Shown here: piece after piece, positions 36,817 through 49,454 of the stretch
Numbering within the stretch: the first letter of the stretch is position 1
Layout of the letters: every line of letters begins with the position of its first letter
Assembly: GCF_963921235.1 (NCBI RefSeq)
Contig: NC_086108.1
Span: 3,038,001 to 3,102,000, forward strand
DNA: 64,000 nucleotides
Direction: 5' to 3'
Source of the DNA: Mobula hypostoma
Lineage: Eukaryota
Notes under the pieces: model-generated
Told to the model about the DNA's origin: nothing
The model's database searches: none
What the model saw: only the letters and a program-made list of their open reading frames with translations
Position numbers and translations under genes: made by a program

Positions 36817-37904
36817 GTAAGTTTTTGCAGTTGCAAGCAGCCAGAGGTAGTATTTCCATCCTACTAAGTGACTTGAACAAATACTGAAAACATGAGAAAT
36901 GCAACAAGTACGAGAGATACTCAACAGGTCACAGTCATAAAACACCACTGCCTGCAAACAGAGCCCTTCGCCCACCTAGTCCATAAAAAACTGTTTTTCT
37001 GCCTAGTTCCATCTACCTGCACCTGGACCATTCCTCTCCATACCCCTCCCACCCAGGTACTTATCCAAACTTCTCTAAACATTTCTATCAAAAAGCATCC
37101 ACCACTTCTGCTGGTAGCTCATTCCACATTCACACCACCCTCTGCGTGAAGAAGTTCCTCTTAAATATTTCACCTTTCACCTCATCCTATGACTTCTAGC
37201 TCTAGTCTCGCCGATCCTCAGTGGAAAAAGCCTTCTTGCATTTACCTTATCTATACCCCTCATAAATTTGTATAAAATTCTATCAGATCTCTCCTCATTT
37301 TCTTACACTCTAGGGCAGGGGTACCTAACAGTAGGCGGTCCATGGCATAAAACGTTGGGAACCCGTGCTCTAGGTAATAAAGTCTTACCTAGTCAACCTT
37401 TTCCTATAACTCAGGTCCCCAGGTCTCAACAACATCCGTGTAAATTTTCTCTGTACTTGTTAAATCTTATTGATATCCTTCCTGGAGGTAGGTGAGCAGA
37501 TCTGCACACGATACTCCAAATTTGGCCTCACTAACATATTGTGCAACTTCAACATAACATCCCATCTCCTGTACTCAATACACTGTTTTATGAAGGCCAA
37601 TGAGCCAAAAGCACTTTATGACCAACCTGTGATACCTACAGCTTCTCTTCTCCCACTGAGGTTGTATGGCCTCTGAGATGAAAGAAATTGTTAGTGTTTG
37701 TGTTGGGTACCCTTCACCTGACCTGAAATTGTTATCACTACAGAACGTTCCGAGGAATCCATCCTTTGATTGTTTAGACAGCTGTGCCTGAAATGGGAAT
37801 AACCTATTGGTTAAGGTGGTGGGTAGAGATTCCTTTAAATGTATTGAGAATGGATCACTAATACAAGAAAATCTGCAGATACTGGAAATATCCACTTTTT
37901 GCTT

Positions 37905-38712
37905 TCAGCAGGGATTGCTCCCTACATGACTCCCTTGTCCGCTTGTTCCTCCCCACTGATCTCCCTGCTGGTACTTATCCTTGTAAGTGGAACAAATGCC
38001 ACACCTGCCCCTACACCGCCTCCCTTGCTACCATGCAGGGCCCCAAAGAGACCTTCCAGGTGAGGCAACACTTCACCAGCAAGTCTTTTGGGGTTATCTA
38101 CTGTATCGGTGCTCCTGGTGTGGCCTCCTGTATATCGGTGAGACCCAGAGTATTTGGGAGACTGCATCACCGAGCATATTTGCTCCATCCATCACAAGAA
38201 GCAGGATTTCCCAGTGGCCACCCATTTCAATTCTACTTCCCATTCCCATTCCAACATGTCAGTCCATAGTTCCTCTACTACTGCGATGAGGCCACACTCA
38301 GGTTGGAGGAGCAACACCTTATATTCCATCTGGGTAGCTTCTAACCTGATGGCATGAACATCAATTTCTCAAACGTTGAGTAATTGCCCTCCCCCCACCT
38401 CTCCTTCATCATTCCCCAATCTTGTTCCTTTCTCACACCTTCTCTTCTTACCTGCCCATCACCTCTCTTTGGTGCTCCTCCCCCTTCTCCAGCCTTTATC
38501 TCTTTCACCAATCAACTTCCCAGCTTGATACTTCACACCCTCCCCTCTCCCAGTTTCACTTATCTCCTGCTACTTTGTACTACTTTCACCCCCCCACCTT
38601 CTTATTCTGACTCCTTCCTGCTTTCTTCCTGGTCCTGAAGAAGGGTCTTGGTCTGAAACATCGACTGTTTGCCCTTGTCCGTAGACGCAGCCTGGCCTGC
38701 TGAGTTCCTGCT
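37905..38712 (+). mobile_element. Penelope-like element 3' fragment (GIY-YIG + pLTR)
   Basis: CSWCGLLYIGET, DFPVATHFNS; decayed hammerhead motif at 38631-38667. Confidence 0.85.
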
Positions 38713-39970
38713 GAGGATGGGTCACTTGTGCTGATCACAAAGCATCAGGGCTTTCCACACCCACACGATGCTTCAATGCATGAAAGCACTGCTGTTGGGA
38801 ACAGCATTTCCTGTGCCTCGGGAACCTCACAGAAGATGTTGTCATCTCTACTGCGATATGGAAAAGATGATAACTAATTTAATAATTGACATGTAGGAGG
38901 GAGATTGGAAATCTGGTTGAGTGTACCACAACAACCTTTCACTCAAGATAAACACAAGATTCTGTAGATGCTGGAAATCCAGAGTAACACATCGAAAATG
39001 CTGAAGGAACTCAGCAGGTCAGGCAGCATCTATGGAAAGGAATAAGCAGTGGATGTTTCAGGCCCTTCAAGGTCTCGGCCCGAAACATCTACCGGTTATT
39101 CCCTTCTCTCGATGCTGCCTGATCTGCTAAGTTCCTCCAGCATTTTGTGCACGTTCCTTTCTGTCAAAGAGCTCTTTATCATCCACAGGAGGCAAAAGCT
39201 GGGAGTCCATGAGCCAATTCTCACTAAGGGATGGGAGATCCTTAAAGCAAGACCATTGATTGTGGAAACATCTCAGTGGATGGGAAAGTGAGTGTAGTTA
39301 CCCCTTTGTTCAAGAGCCTAATGGTTATGGGGTAGCAACTTTCTTAAACCTGGTGATGCGAGTCCTGAGACACCTTCTACCTGATAGCAGCAGTGAGAAG
39401 AGACCATGGCCTGAGTGGTGAGGATCTCTGATAATGGATGTTGCTTTCCTATGACAGTAGATGTGCTCAATGAAGGCGGCATCCAATGGTGGGGAGGGTT
39501 TTACCCTGTGTTGTACTGGGCCAGATCCACTACATCTTTTGGATTTTCTGTTCAAAGGCAATTGGTGTTTCCATTCCAGGCCATGATGCAGCCAGTCAGT
39601 AAACTCTTCACAACGCATCTATAAAAGATTGTCAAAGTTTTGGATGTCATGCGGAATCTCCACAAACTCCCATGGAAATAGTGGCACTGCCATGATCTCT
39701 TTGTAATTGCATTTACATGGTGGGTCCAGAAGTTGAGGCCTAATGGCCGAAGCCCAGACTTCACTGGGTGACCCAGTGTCTGCAAATCTACTAGAGGCTA
39801 GAGTCTTGCAATTGGAGGACTGTGTATATACGTGGATGGGAAGGAGGTAGCAGTAGTTGTGGGCTGCCCCCAACACATTCTTAGTTTGTGTTGGTTGTTT
39901 ATGCAAACGACTCATTTCACCATACGTCTGGATGGCTGCGCATTAAACAAAATCTAAAATCTCCTCGCAG

Positions 39971-40072
39971 GTGAAGGAATACGATTCCATCTCCCGGCTG
40001 GACCAGTGGCTGACGACAATGTTGCTGCGGATCAAGAAGGCCATTCAGGCAGAGGAGAGTGACCTGCGCTAA
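39971..40072 (+). CDS. NAPA: alpha-SNAP last coding exon, [33 protein letters not shown]
   Basis: CTCGCAG acceptor; TAA at 40070-40072; C-terminal DLR as in alpha-SNAP. Confidence 0.97.
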   Translation: MKEYDSISRLDQWLTTMLLRIKKAIQAEESDLR

Positions 40073-41000
40073 GGCAGACACGTCGATGTATCACTAACAA
40101 TCTCTGGTCAAACTTCTCCAGCTTTGGGCGAGTGGGGGAGGGAGGGAAACTGGTGGTTTTTGATTTTAAAAAAACACAAAACTTTGCAAATTAAACAATG
40201 AAGAAGCATTCCAGAAATGGAAATGTTTGAACGTTTCTCGCATTTATGATAAATCTTCTGCTTGCGGATTGAGCTGTAATTTTTGATGCATTCCCTTGAA
40301 CCTTAAATTTTTCCCAACAATTTTTCCTATATTCTGGCAGGAGTTCTATGTATAAATGTAATTTGCCCATTATATTTATGACATTAACTAGATATAACTG
40401 TAGCTATTTAAAAAATTACTCCAGGTATAGCATGGAGATTGAGAGAGTGCCTCACGATGATCTTGTCTGTTCTGCTCAGTTTGTGATCATGCATTTCACA
40501 AGTTGGCCTGCTGTTCACCAGTTCCGGCTGAGAATGTAAGAGCTGATTATAGGTTGGGTCAGCCTTGGTTGTGGTGCCTACTACAGTTGAATAGCTGGCT
40601 GTGCTGTTTCAGGTTTGCTCGCGTTCATCCCTGGGGTCAGTTCACCTGGAAAGTAGCATAATAGTTTTATTCGGAAAACTGGGGGGGGGGGGGGTGGGAG
40701 GTGCTAGTATGAAGTGTTTTGGAATGTTACACTATTAAGTAAAACATTTTAATTTGAATATTCCTGTTTGCTACTTGGTGCATTTCTTGTGCACTTAAGT
40801 TATTTTGGAAAGTATTTACAATAGCTCATGTCATGAGTGTGGGCAGGTGTACAAGTGTCCAGGCAGCCCAACTGGATAGCCGGGAGAGCGAGTCCTTGTG
40901 TGTGATTACAAGCTGAAGTAGGTGCACCCATGTATAAATATACAAATATTATCATTTTTAGATCTGAATAAATGATAAAAGCTGTACCATCTTGTGAAGT
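40073..41000 (+). other. NAPA: Probable NAPA 3' UTR with poly(A) signal AATAAA at 40967-40972
   Basis: About 900 nt without recognisable repeats after the stop; AATAAA followed by T-rich sequence; repeats resume at ~41060. Confidence 0.6.
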
Positions 41001-43600
41001 TTTTTGCAATGGTTATTTTATAATCTGTAGAAGTGGACATTACTTCAAGGCAAGTTGTTGGAAATCAAAACTGCAGATGCTGGGAATCTACCCTCTAACA
41101 TCTGAGACCTCATGAGACCATTTTAGAACATGGAACAGTACAACACAGGAACAGGCTATTTGACCCATGATGTTGTGCTGAACTAGCTAAAAAGCAAATC
41201 AAAATCACCCAAACACTAATCCCTCCTACCTACACAATGTCCATATCCCTCCATCTTCCTCATATGTGCCTATCCAAATGTCTCTTAAAAGCCTCTAATG
41301 TATTTGCCTTCCCCCCCCCCCCAACCAGGCAGCATATTCCAGGTATCCACCACTATTTGAGTAAAAAAACTTGCCCCTCACATCCCCCTTGAACCTACCC
41401 CCTCTCACCTTCAATGTATGCTCCCTGATATTAGACGTTTCAACCCTGGGAAACAAATACTCTCCATCTATGCCTCTCTTACTCTTGTAAACCCTCAGAT
41501 CTTCCCTCAGCCTCCAGCACTCCAGAGAAAGCAACCCAAGTTTGTCCAGCCTGTTATCAGCAAATCACACTTCCAAACAGTCAATGCATCCTCTTCCTTC
41601 CCAGTAACAAACTTCCATTGGTATAGTTGTGACATGTGGTGAGAGAATGGACATGGTGTGAGTCAGACCTGTCATCATAACGTTTTCCTTTATAATTGAC
41701 AAAAGTTCAGAATTTCTAAGCATCTGTGCATCACACAATGCTTCTCTCAAACACCATAATTACACTGGACAACCAATATTTAGCTTCCTGAATACTTTAA
41801 GGTGTATCTTACAGATTTTGGGCTGCTCCCTTCCTGCAAATCTTGGCACTGTCAGTGACAAGCATGGTGGTCACCAGGACTCTGTGGTCATGGAGAAACG
41901 GTATCAGGGCACTGAAATCCATCAATGCTGGCTGATTATTGTTTGACACTTAAGCAAGAAGCCTCTGACATTGTGTACAAATGAAAATCATTAACAAAAC
42001 ATTTATAGCTTAATTGAACTAATGCAAAGCATCAGCACGGTTATGCAATTAAATGCATTGTATTAAATAAAAGTTAATTTCTTGTTTCTCCAATTTCCTA
42101 CGTGATACAAGTAGTCTGAAATTATATTTTTGTTCAGGTTCAAATGATCCATCATAACCACAAAAGAATTCTGAGGAAGCACTTTCAAAAAGTTCAGTTG
42201 TTTAGTGTAAATGCATTTGTTTCCTTCCCACGAACAAATTTCCATTAGTGTAGGGTTTGAGAGATTAGACAAAAGCTGTGAGTCAGACCTGTCATGATGC
42301 ATTTCTTTTTCTTTTGTGCATAAGAGAGCTTAGAATTTCTAAGCGTCTTTGCATAGTATAATGCTTCTCTCAACCACCATAATTATCAAACAATTTGCAG
42401 GCATCTGTGAAGTCACGAAAAATTTGGTCAATAATTCTTGAAAGGCAGAAATATAATGGCACAAACGCAAGAGATTCTGCAGATGCTAGAAATCTGGAGT
42501 AACAGAAAATACTGGAGGAACTCAGCAGTTCAGGCAGCATCTATCGAGAGGAATAAACAGTTGATATTTCAGGCTGAGACTCTCTATCATGATGAGAGTC
42601 TGGATAAGACCATAAGATAGAGCAGAATTAGGCTATTTGGTCCATTAAGTCTGCTCCCCCATTTCATCATGACTGATCGAATTTTCCTCTCAACCTCAAT
42701 CTCCTGCCTTCTCCCCGTATCCCTTCATTCCCCAACCAGTAATGAATCTGTCAACCTCTACCTTAAATATCCATGAAGATTTGGCCTCCACAACTGCCTG
42801 TGGCAAAGAATTCCATAGATTCACCACCCTCCTCCTCATCTCCATTGTAAAAGGATCCCTCTCTATTCTGAGGCTCCGTCCTCTGGTCTTAGACTCTCCT
42901 ACTATAGGAAACATCCTCTCCACATCCACTCTATCGAGGCCTTTCACCATTCAATAGGTTTCAATGAGGTCACTCATTCTTCTGAATTCTAGCCAGCAGA
43001 CGCTCTTCATATGGCAAGCGATTCAATCCTGGAATCATTTTCGTGAACCTCCTTTGAACCCTCTCCAGTTTCCACACTTCCTTTCTAAGATAGGGGGCCA
43101 GAACCCACTCACAATACTCCAAGTGAGGCCTGACCTGTGCTTTATAAAGTTTAAACTTTGCAATATTCTGTTCCTCTTGAAATCAATGCTAACATTGCAT
43201 TTGCCTTCAGCACCACAGACTCAACCTGCAAATTAACCTTCAGGGAATCCAGCACAAGGACTCCCAAGTCCCTTTGCACCTCAGATTTTTGTATTTCTCT
43301 CCATTTAGAAACTAGTCAACCCTTTTATTTCTTCTACCAAAATGCATGACCACACACTTCCCGACACTACATTCCATCTAGCATTTTTGCCCAGTCTCCC
43401 AATGTGTCTAAGCCCTTCCGTAGCGCCTCTACTTCTTCAAAATGACCTGCCCTTCCACCTGTCTTCATATCGTCTGCAAACTTTGCAACAAAGCCATCAA
43501 TTCCATCTTCCAAATCATTGACATATAACGTAAAAATGATCTGTCCCAACGCAGACCCCTATTGAATTGAATTGACTTTATTACTTACACCCTTCATATA

Positions 43601-45201
43601 CAAACCCCATTTCCAGAAAAGTTGGGATATTTTCCAAAATGCAATAAAAACAAAAATCTGTGATATGTTAATTCAGGTGAACCTTTATTTAACTGACAAC
43701 AGTACAAAGAAAAGATTTTCAATAGTTTTACTGACCAACTTAATTGTATTTTGTAAACATACACAAATTTAGAATTTGATGGCTGCAACACACTCAACAA
43801 AAGTTGGGACAGAGGCATGTTTACCATTGTGTTACATCACCTGTCCTTTTAATAACCCTTTTTAATCGTTTTGGAACTGAGGATACTAATTGTAGTAGAG
43901 TTACAATTGGAAATTTTGTCCATTTTTGCGTGATATAAGACTTCAGCTTCTCAACAGTCTGTGGTCTCCGTTGTCTGATTCTCCTCTTCATGATGTGCCA
44001 TACATTTTCAATAGGAGATAGATCTGGACTGGCAGCAGGCCAGTCAAGCACACACACTTTGTGTCTACAAAGCCACGCTGTTGTAGCCTGTGCAGAATGT
44101 GGTCTGGCATTGTTCTGCTGAAATAAGCATGGACGTCCCGGGAAGAGACGTCGCCTTGATGGCAACATATGTCTGTCTAAAATCCTAATATACGCCTCAG
44201 AGTCAATGGTACCTTCACATACATGCAACTCACCCATGCCGTGGGCACTGATGCACCCCCATACCATCACAGATGCTGGCTTTTACACCTTTCGCTGATA
44301 ACCATCTGGATGGTCGTTTTCATCTTCGGCACGGAGAACTCGACGCCCGTTTTTTCTGAAAACTAGCTGAAATGTGGACTCATCTGAGCACAGCACATGG
44401 TTCCACAGTCTTTCGGTCCATCTGAGATGAGCTCGGGCCCAGAGAACTCGCTGGCGTTTCTGCATAGAGTTGATGTATGGCTTCCTCCTTGCGTAATACA
44501 GTTTCAAGTTGCATTTCTGGATGCAGCGATGGACTGTGTTGAGTGACAATGGTTTTCCGAAGTACTCCCGAGCCCAGGTGGCTATAATTGTCACAATAGC
44601 ACGACGGTTTCTTAGGCAGTGCCACCTGAGGGCTCGAAGATCATGCACATTCAACAGTGGTTTCTGACCTTGCCCTTTACGCACTGAGATGTCTCTGAAT
44701 TCTCTGAATCTTTTCACGATATTATGTACTGTAGATGTTGAAAGACCTAAATTCTCTGCAATCTTGCGTTGAGAATTGTTCCTTTTGAACCGACTAACAA
44801 TTCTTTCACAAATTTTGGCACAAAGGGGTGAGCCACGACCCATCCTTGCTTGCAAAGACTGAGCCTTTGATGGACGCTACTTTTATACCCAGTCATGATA
44901 CCTCACCTGCTACCAATTAGCCTGCTTAATGTGGAGTCTTCCAAACCGGTGTTACTTGAATATTCTGTGCACTTTTCAATCTTATTTTAACTCTGTCCCA
45001 ACTTTTGTTGAGTGTGTTGCAGCCATCAAATTCTAAATTTGTGTTTGTTTACAAAATACAATTAAGTTGGTCAGTAAAACTATTGAAAATCTTTTCTTTG
45101 TACTTTTGTCAGTTAAATAAAGTTTCACGTGAATTAACATATCACAGATTTTTTTTATTGCAGTTTGGAAAATATCCCAACTTTTCTGGAAATGGGGTTT
45201 G
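43601..45201 (-). mobile_element. Tc1 (DD34E) DNA transposon, full length, copy 2
   Basis: TA TSD at 43599-43600 and 45202-45203; same TIRs as copy 1. Confidence 0.95.
43821..44843 (-). pseudogene. 340-codon Tc1 transposase with one premature stop (44283-44285) and a D-to-N change at the second catalytic Asp
   Basis: Track ORFs 44283..44855 and 43821..44270 are in the same frame; FQQNNARPH here vs FQQDNARPH in copy 1. Confidence 0.92.
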
Positions 45202-48200
45202 TACATGAGGAGTAAAAATCTTTACGTTACATCTCTGCCTAAATGTGCAATTTATAGTAATTTGTAATAAATAGTATGACAAACAGGACAGTCAATATAA
45301 CATAGAAATACAATTGTATCAGCATGAATTAATCAGTCTGATGGCCTGGTGGAAGAAGCTGTCCTGGAGCCTGTTGGTCCTGGCTTTTATGCTGCGATAC
45401 CATTTGCCCGATGGTAGCAGCTGGAACAGTTCGTGATTGAAGTGACTTGTGTCCCCAATGATCCTTTGGGCCCTTTTTAGACACCTGTCTTTGTAAATGT
45501 CCTGAATAGTGGGAAGTTCACATCTACAGAGACGCTGGGAAGTCTGAACCACTCTCTGCAGAGTCCTGTGATTCCCATACCGGGCAGTGATGCAGCCAGT
45601 CAGGATGCTCTCAATTGTGTCCCTGTAGAAAGTTCTTAGGAATTGGTGGCCCACACCAAACTTCTTCAACCGTCTGAGGAGAAAGAGGTGCTGTCGTGCC
45701 TTTTTCACCACACAACTGGTACATACAGGCCACGTGAGGTCCTCGTTGATGTGGATGTCAAGGAACTTAAAGCTGTTCACCCTCTCAACCCTAGATCCAT
45801 TGATGTCTATAGGGGTTAGCCTGTCTCCATTGCTCCTGTAGTCCACAGCCAGCTCCTTTGTTTTTGCGACTTTGAGGGAGAGGTTGTTTTCTTGACACCA
45901 CTGTGTCAGGGTGATGACTTCTCCTCTGTTTGGCTGCCTCTTTATTATTTGAGATTTAGGCCAATCAGTGTACTGTCGTCAGCAAATTTAATTAGCAGAT
46001 TGGAGCTGTGGGTGGCGACACAGTCATGGGAATACAGAGAGTAAAGGAGATGGCTTAGTACACAGACATGAGGGGCACCTGTGTATAGGGGCAGAGGTGA
46101 GGGAGTCCACTCTTACCACCTGCCAGCGATCTGACAGGAGGTCCAGGATCCAGCTACACAAGACAGGGTGAAGGTGGAATTCCTCTGAGCTACTTGTCGT
46201 GCCTGGAGGGAATTATGGTGTTGAATGCTGAACTGTAGTCCAAGAACAGTATTCTCACATAAACGTCCTCCTTCTCCAGGTGTGTAAGGACAGTGTGTAG
46301 AGCTGTGGCTATTGCATCATCCGTGGATCGGTTGTGTTGTTAGGCAAATTGTAGGGGGTCCAGTGTGGGTGGTAGCATGCTGCAGATGTGGGCCTTGACC
46401 AGCATCTCAAAATATTTGCTTATTATTGAGGTGAGTGCGACAGGACGCCAGTCGTTCAGACATGTTACCTTGGTCTTTTTAGGTACTGGAACAATGGTGG
46501 ATGTTTTGAAGCAGGAGGGCACTCTACACTGGGAGAGGGAGAGATTAAAAATGTCTGCAAACACACCAGCCAGTTGTGCCACACCATCCTGAGTACCTGC
46601 CCTGGGATGCCGTCCAGTCCCGCAGCCTTGTGACTGTCCACTCGTTGGAAATGCCTGCATACTTCGGCCTCAGAGATGACCGAGCTGCAGGTCACATCAG
46701 CTGTAGGTCTCCTCAGAGGCTCAGTGTTGGCAACATCAAATCAAGCGTAAAAAAGATTTAGCCTGTTTGGGAGAGAGGCAGCAGTGTTGGAAACACCACT
46801 GCGTTTAGCTTTGAAGTCTGCGATGATATGCATACCTTGCCATAAGCTGGGTGTTGGTAGAGAGCTGTGTCTGGATCGTGTCCCTGTATCGTTGTTTCGC
46901 CTCCTTGATGACTTTGTGCAGATTGTAGCTGCACTCCTTGAGCTCCTGCTGAGTACTGGCAATGTAACCCCTGTGTCGCGCGGTCAGTGCTGCTTGCTCG
47001 GAACTCCGCTAATCACTGCAGCCAGTCAGAAAGGGCTCCCTTTATTCCCACTCTTTACCTCCTGCCAATCAACCTCTGCTTTATCCATGCTAGAATCTTC
47101 CCTGTCATACCATGGGCTCATAGCTTGTTAAGCAGCCTCATGTGTGGCACCTTGTCAAATGCCTTATGAAAATCCAAGTACACAACATCCACCGATTCTT
47201 CTTTGTCTATCCTGCTTGTTATTTCTTCAAAGAATTCCAACAGATCTGTCAGGCAAGATTTTCCCTTGAAGAAATCATGTTGGCTACGGCCTATTTTATC
47301 ATGTGTCTCCAAGTATCCTGAGAGCTCATCCTTAATAATAGATGCCAACATTTTCCCAACCACTCAGGTCAGAGTAACTGGCCTATAAATTCCTTTTTTC
47401 TGCCTCTCCCCCTACTTGAAGAATGCAGTAACATTTGCAATTTTCCAGTCTTCCAGAACCATTTCAGAACCTAGTGATTCTTGAAAGATCATCTCTTCAG
47501 ACACCTCTTTCAGAACCCTGGAGTGTACACCATCTGGTCCAGGTGACTTATCTACCAGGTGACCTTTCAGTTTCCCAAGAACCTTCTCTCATAACTATGG
47601 TAACTTCACACATTTCATGACCCCTGACACCTGGAACTTCCACCATATTGCTCGTGTATTCCACAGTGAAGACTGATGCAAAATACTTATTCAGTTCATC
47701 TATTTCATTGTCCCCCATTACTATCTCTCCAGCGTTGTTTTCCAGCGGTCCAATATCCACTCTTGCCTCACTTTTCTACGTTATGTATCTGAAGAAACTT
47801 TTAGTATCTTCTTTAATAGTATTGGCCAGCTTACTTCTTATTCCATCTTTATGTTCTTAGTTATGTTTTTAGTTGCCTTCTGTTGGTTTTCAAAAGCTTC
47901 CCAATCCTCTAACTTTCCAATAATTTTGCCCGATTATATGCCTGCTGTTTGGCTTTTGTGTTGGCTTTGACTTGTTGGCCATGGTTGTGTCATCATTCCT
48001 TTAGAATACTGTTTCCTCTTTGGGATGTATATATCCTATGACTTCTGAATTGCATTCAGGAATTCCGGCATTGCTGCTCTGCCATCATCCCTGCCAGTGT
48101 TCTTTTCCAGTCAATTCTGGCCAGCCCCTTTCTCATGCCTTCGTAATTCCCTTTACTCACTGTAATAATGATTGATAAGGGCCCAAAACGTTGACTGTTT

Positions 48201-48216
48201 ATTCCTCTCCATAGAC

Positions 48217-48550
48217 CAGGGGTTCCCAATCTGGGGTCCATGGACCTTTTGCTTAATGGTAGTGATCCATGCCATAAAACTTTTATTTACTTATTGAGAT
48301 GCAGTGCAGAATAGGCCATTCCGGCCCGTTGAGCCTTGCTGCCCAGCAACCCCTCGATTTAATCTGAGCCGAATCATGGTACAATTTACAATGACCTACT
48401 GATCAGGAGGTCTTTGGACTGTGGGAGGAGACCCGAGAGGTCAAGGGAGAGAACATACAGACTCTTTACGGACAGCAGCAGCAATTGAACCTGGGTTGCC
48501 GGTACTGTAAAGCATTGTGCTAACCACCATGAAAAATTTGGGAACCTCTG
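48217..48550. mobile_element. hAT MITE containing a V-SINE, itself inside a Penelope pLTR fragment
   Basis: TIRs CAGGGGTTCCCAA / TTGGGAACCTCTG; TSD CCATAGAC / CCATAGAA. Confidence 0.8.
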
Positions 48551-48719
48551 CCATAGAAGGTGCCCGACCTGCTGAGTTCCTCCAGCATTTTATGTGTGTT
48601 ATAATGGCACAAGTTGGCATTAAGAGCATCAGCTCCCAGCACAGTAATCCAATTAACCCAGTTCTTTCTGTACAGAGCTGCAAGTTATTCTCACTTACCT
48701 AATCTTTTTCTTCTCTAAG

Positions 48720-49135
48720 GATCATCACCTTGTCATGGTGGAGAGGCTTGTGAGATCCTGAGATTCCGAGACAGATGCAGCCTGGAGTTTAGCTCCTGGT
48801 AGGGACACCCACGGTGGTAAGGGCAAGGGGCAGGTCCCAAACAAAGGTCGATCTAATTGAGATCTCAACAGTGGAGCTGGCGGAAGATGACGACACATCG
48901 CAACAGCAGTGAAGGATCCCCAGTCGTCTGAGTTGGCAGAAAATGATTACCCATCACCACTGCTGCAGTCTTCATCATGATCACTTCATTATAGTCCCCA
49001 GTTGTCTTGCACTCCGTGCTACTGGACCCTGGCCCCGATCTGTCAAGATTGCGTGGCAACTGCCCGTGCATCAGGCTCCCCACGTTAGACAAAGTCATGC
49101 ACAGGCATTCTCCATTAAGGGAATGACCCCTTAGG
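48720..49135 (+). mobile_element. RTE-type 5' UTR fragment
   Basis: CACCTTGTCATGGTGGAGAGG...CCTGGTAGGGACACCCA...ACAAAG resembles RTE/Expander 5' ends. Confidence 0.5.
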
Positions 49136-49454
49136 AGAGCTGTGAAGGTGAAGAAAGTCACCAGAGGGACACTGAAGCTGCTGATAGAGGAACAAGCAGA
49201 TATTCTTGGAAGAAGAGGCCTCCTCATGCAATATTATATCACATTTTATGTTAAAGAACAAAGGTAATGACGGGGACAATTTCTACAGTTACAATCCAGT
49301 CATAACGCTTCCTTTGAGTTGCACATAATTTCAAACATCTAGATCTTCACACCAACATAGCCTAAATCAGTGTTAAATACCTCTGTCTCTCCAGCTGCAG
49401 TCATGAACTTGTTACATACTCCTGTTAGGGTGCATTCTCCAGTTACCTTATAAG

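Larger units (their letters stand above)
43561..46999 (-). mobile_element. Rex1/Babar-clade LINE, 5'-truncated, with a Tc1 in its 3' UTR
   Basis: [56 protein letters not shown]; (TTCAA)n tail. Confidence 0.88.
42605..48165 (-). mobile_element. CR1 LINE split in two (42605-43560 and ~47000-48165) by a Rex1 insertion
   Basis: RT motifs FADD (43367-43549) and YLDFHKAFDKVPH (47118-47363); GACCCCT|GGAACTCC rejoin across the insert. Confidence 0.85.

Noticed and set aside
2378..40072. Assignment as NAPB (beta-SNAP)
   Set aside because: The C-terminus EESDLR lacks the beta-SNAP-type extension, and the gene neighbours KPTN.
40931..40940. Pumilio element TGTATAAATA in the 3' UTR
   Set aside because: Does not match the canonical UGUAHAUA; AT-rich context makes a chance match likely.
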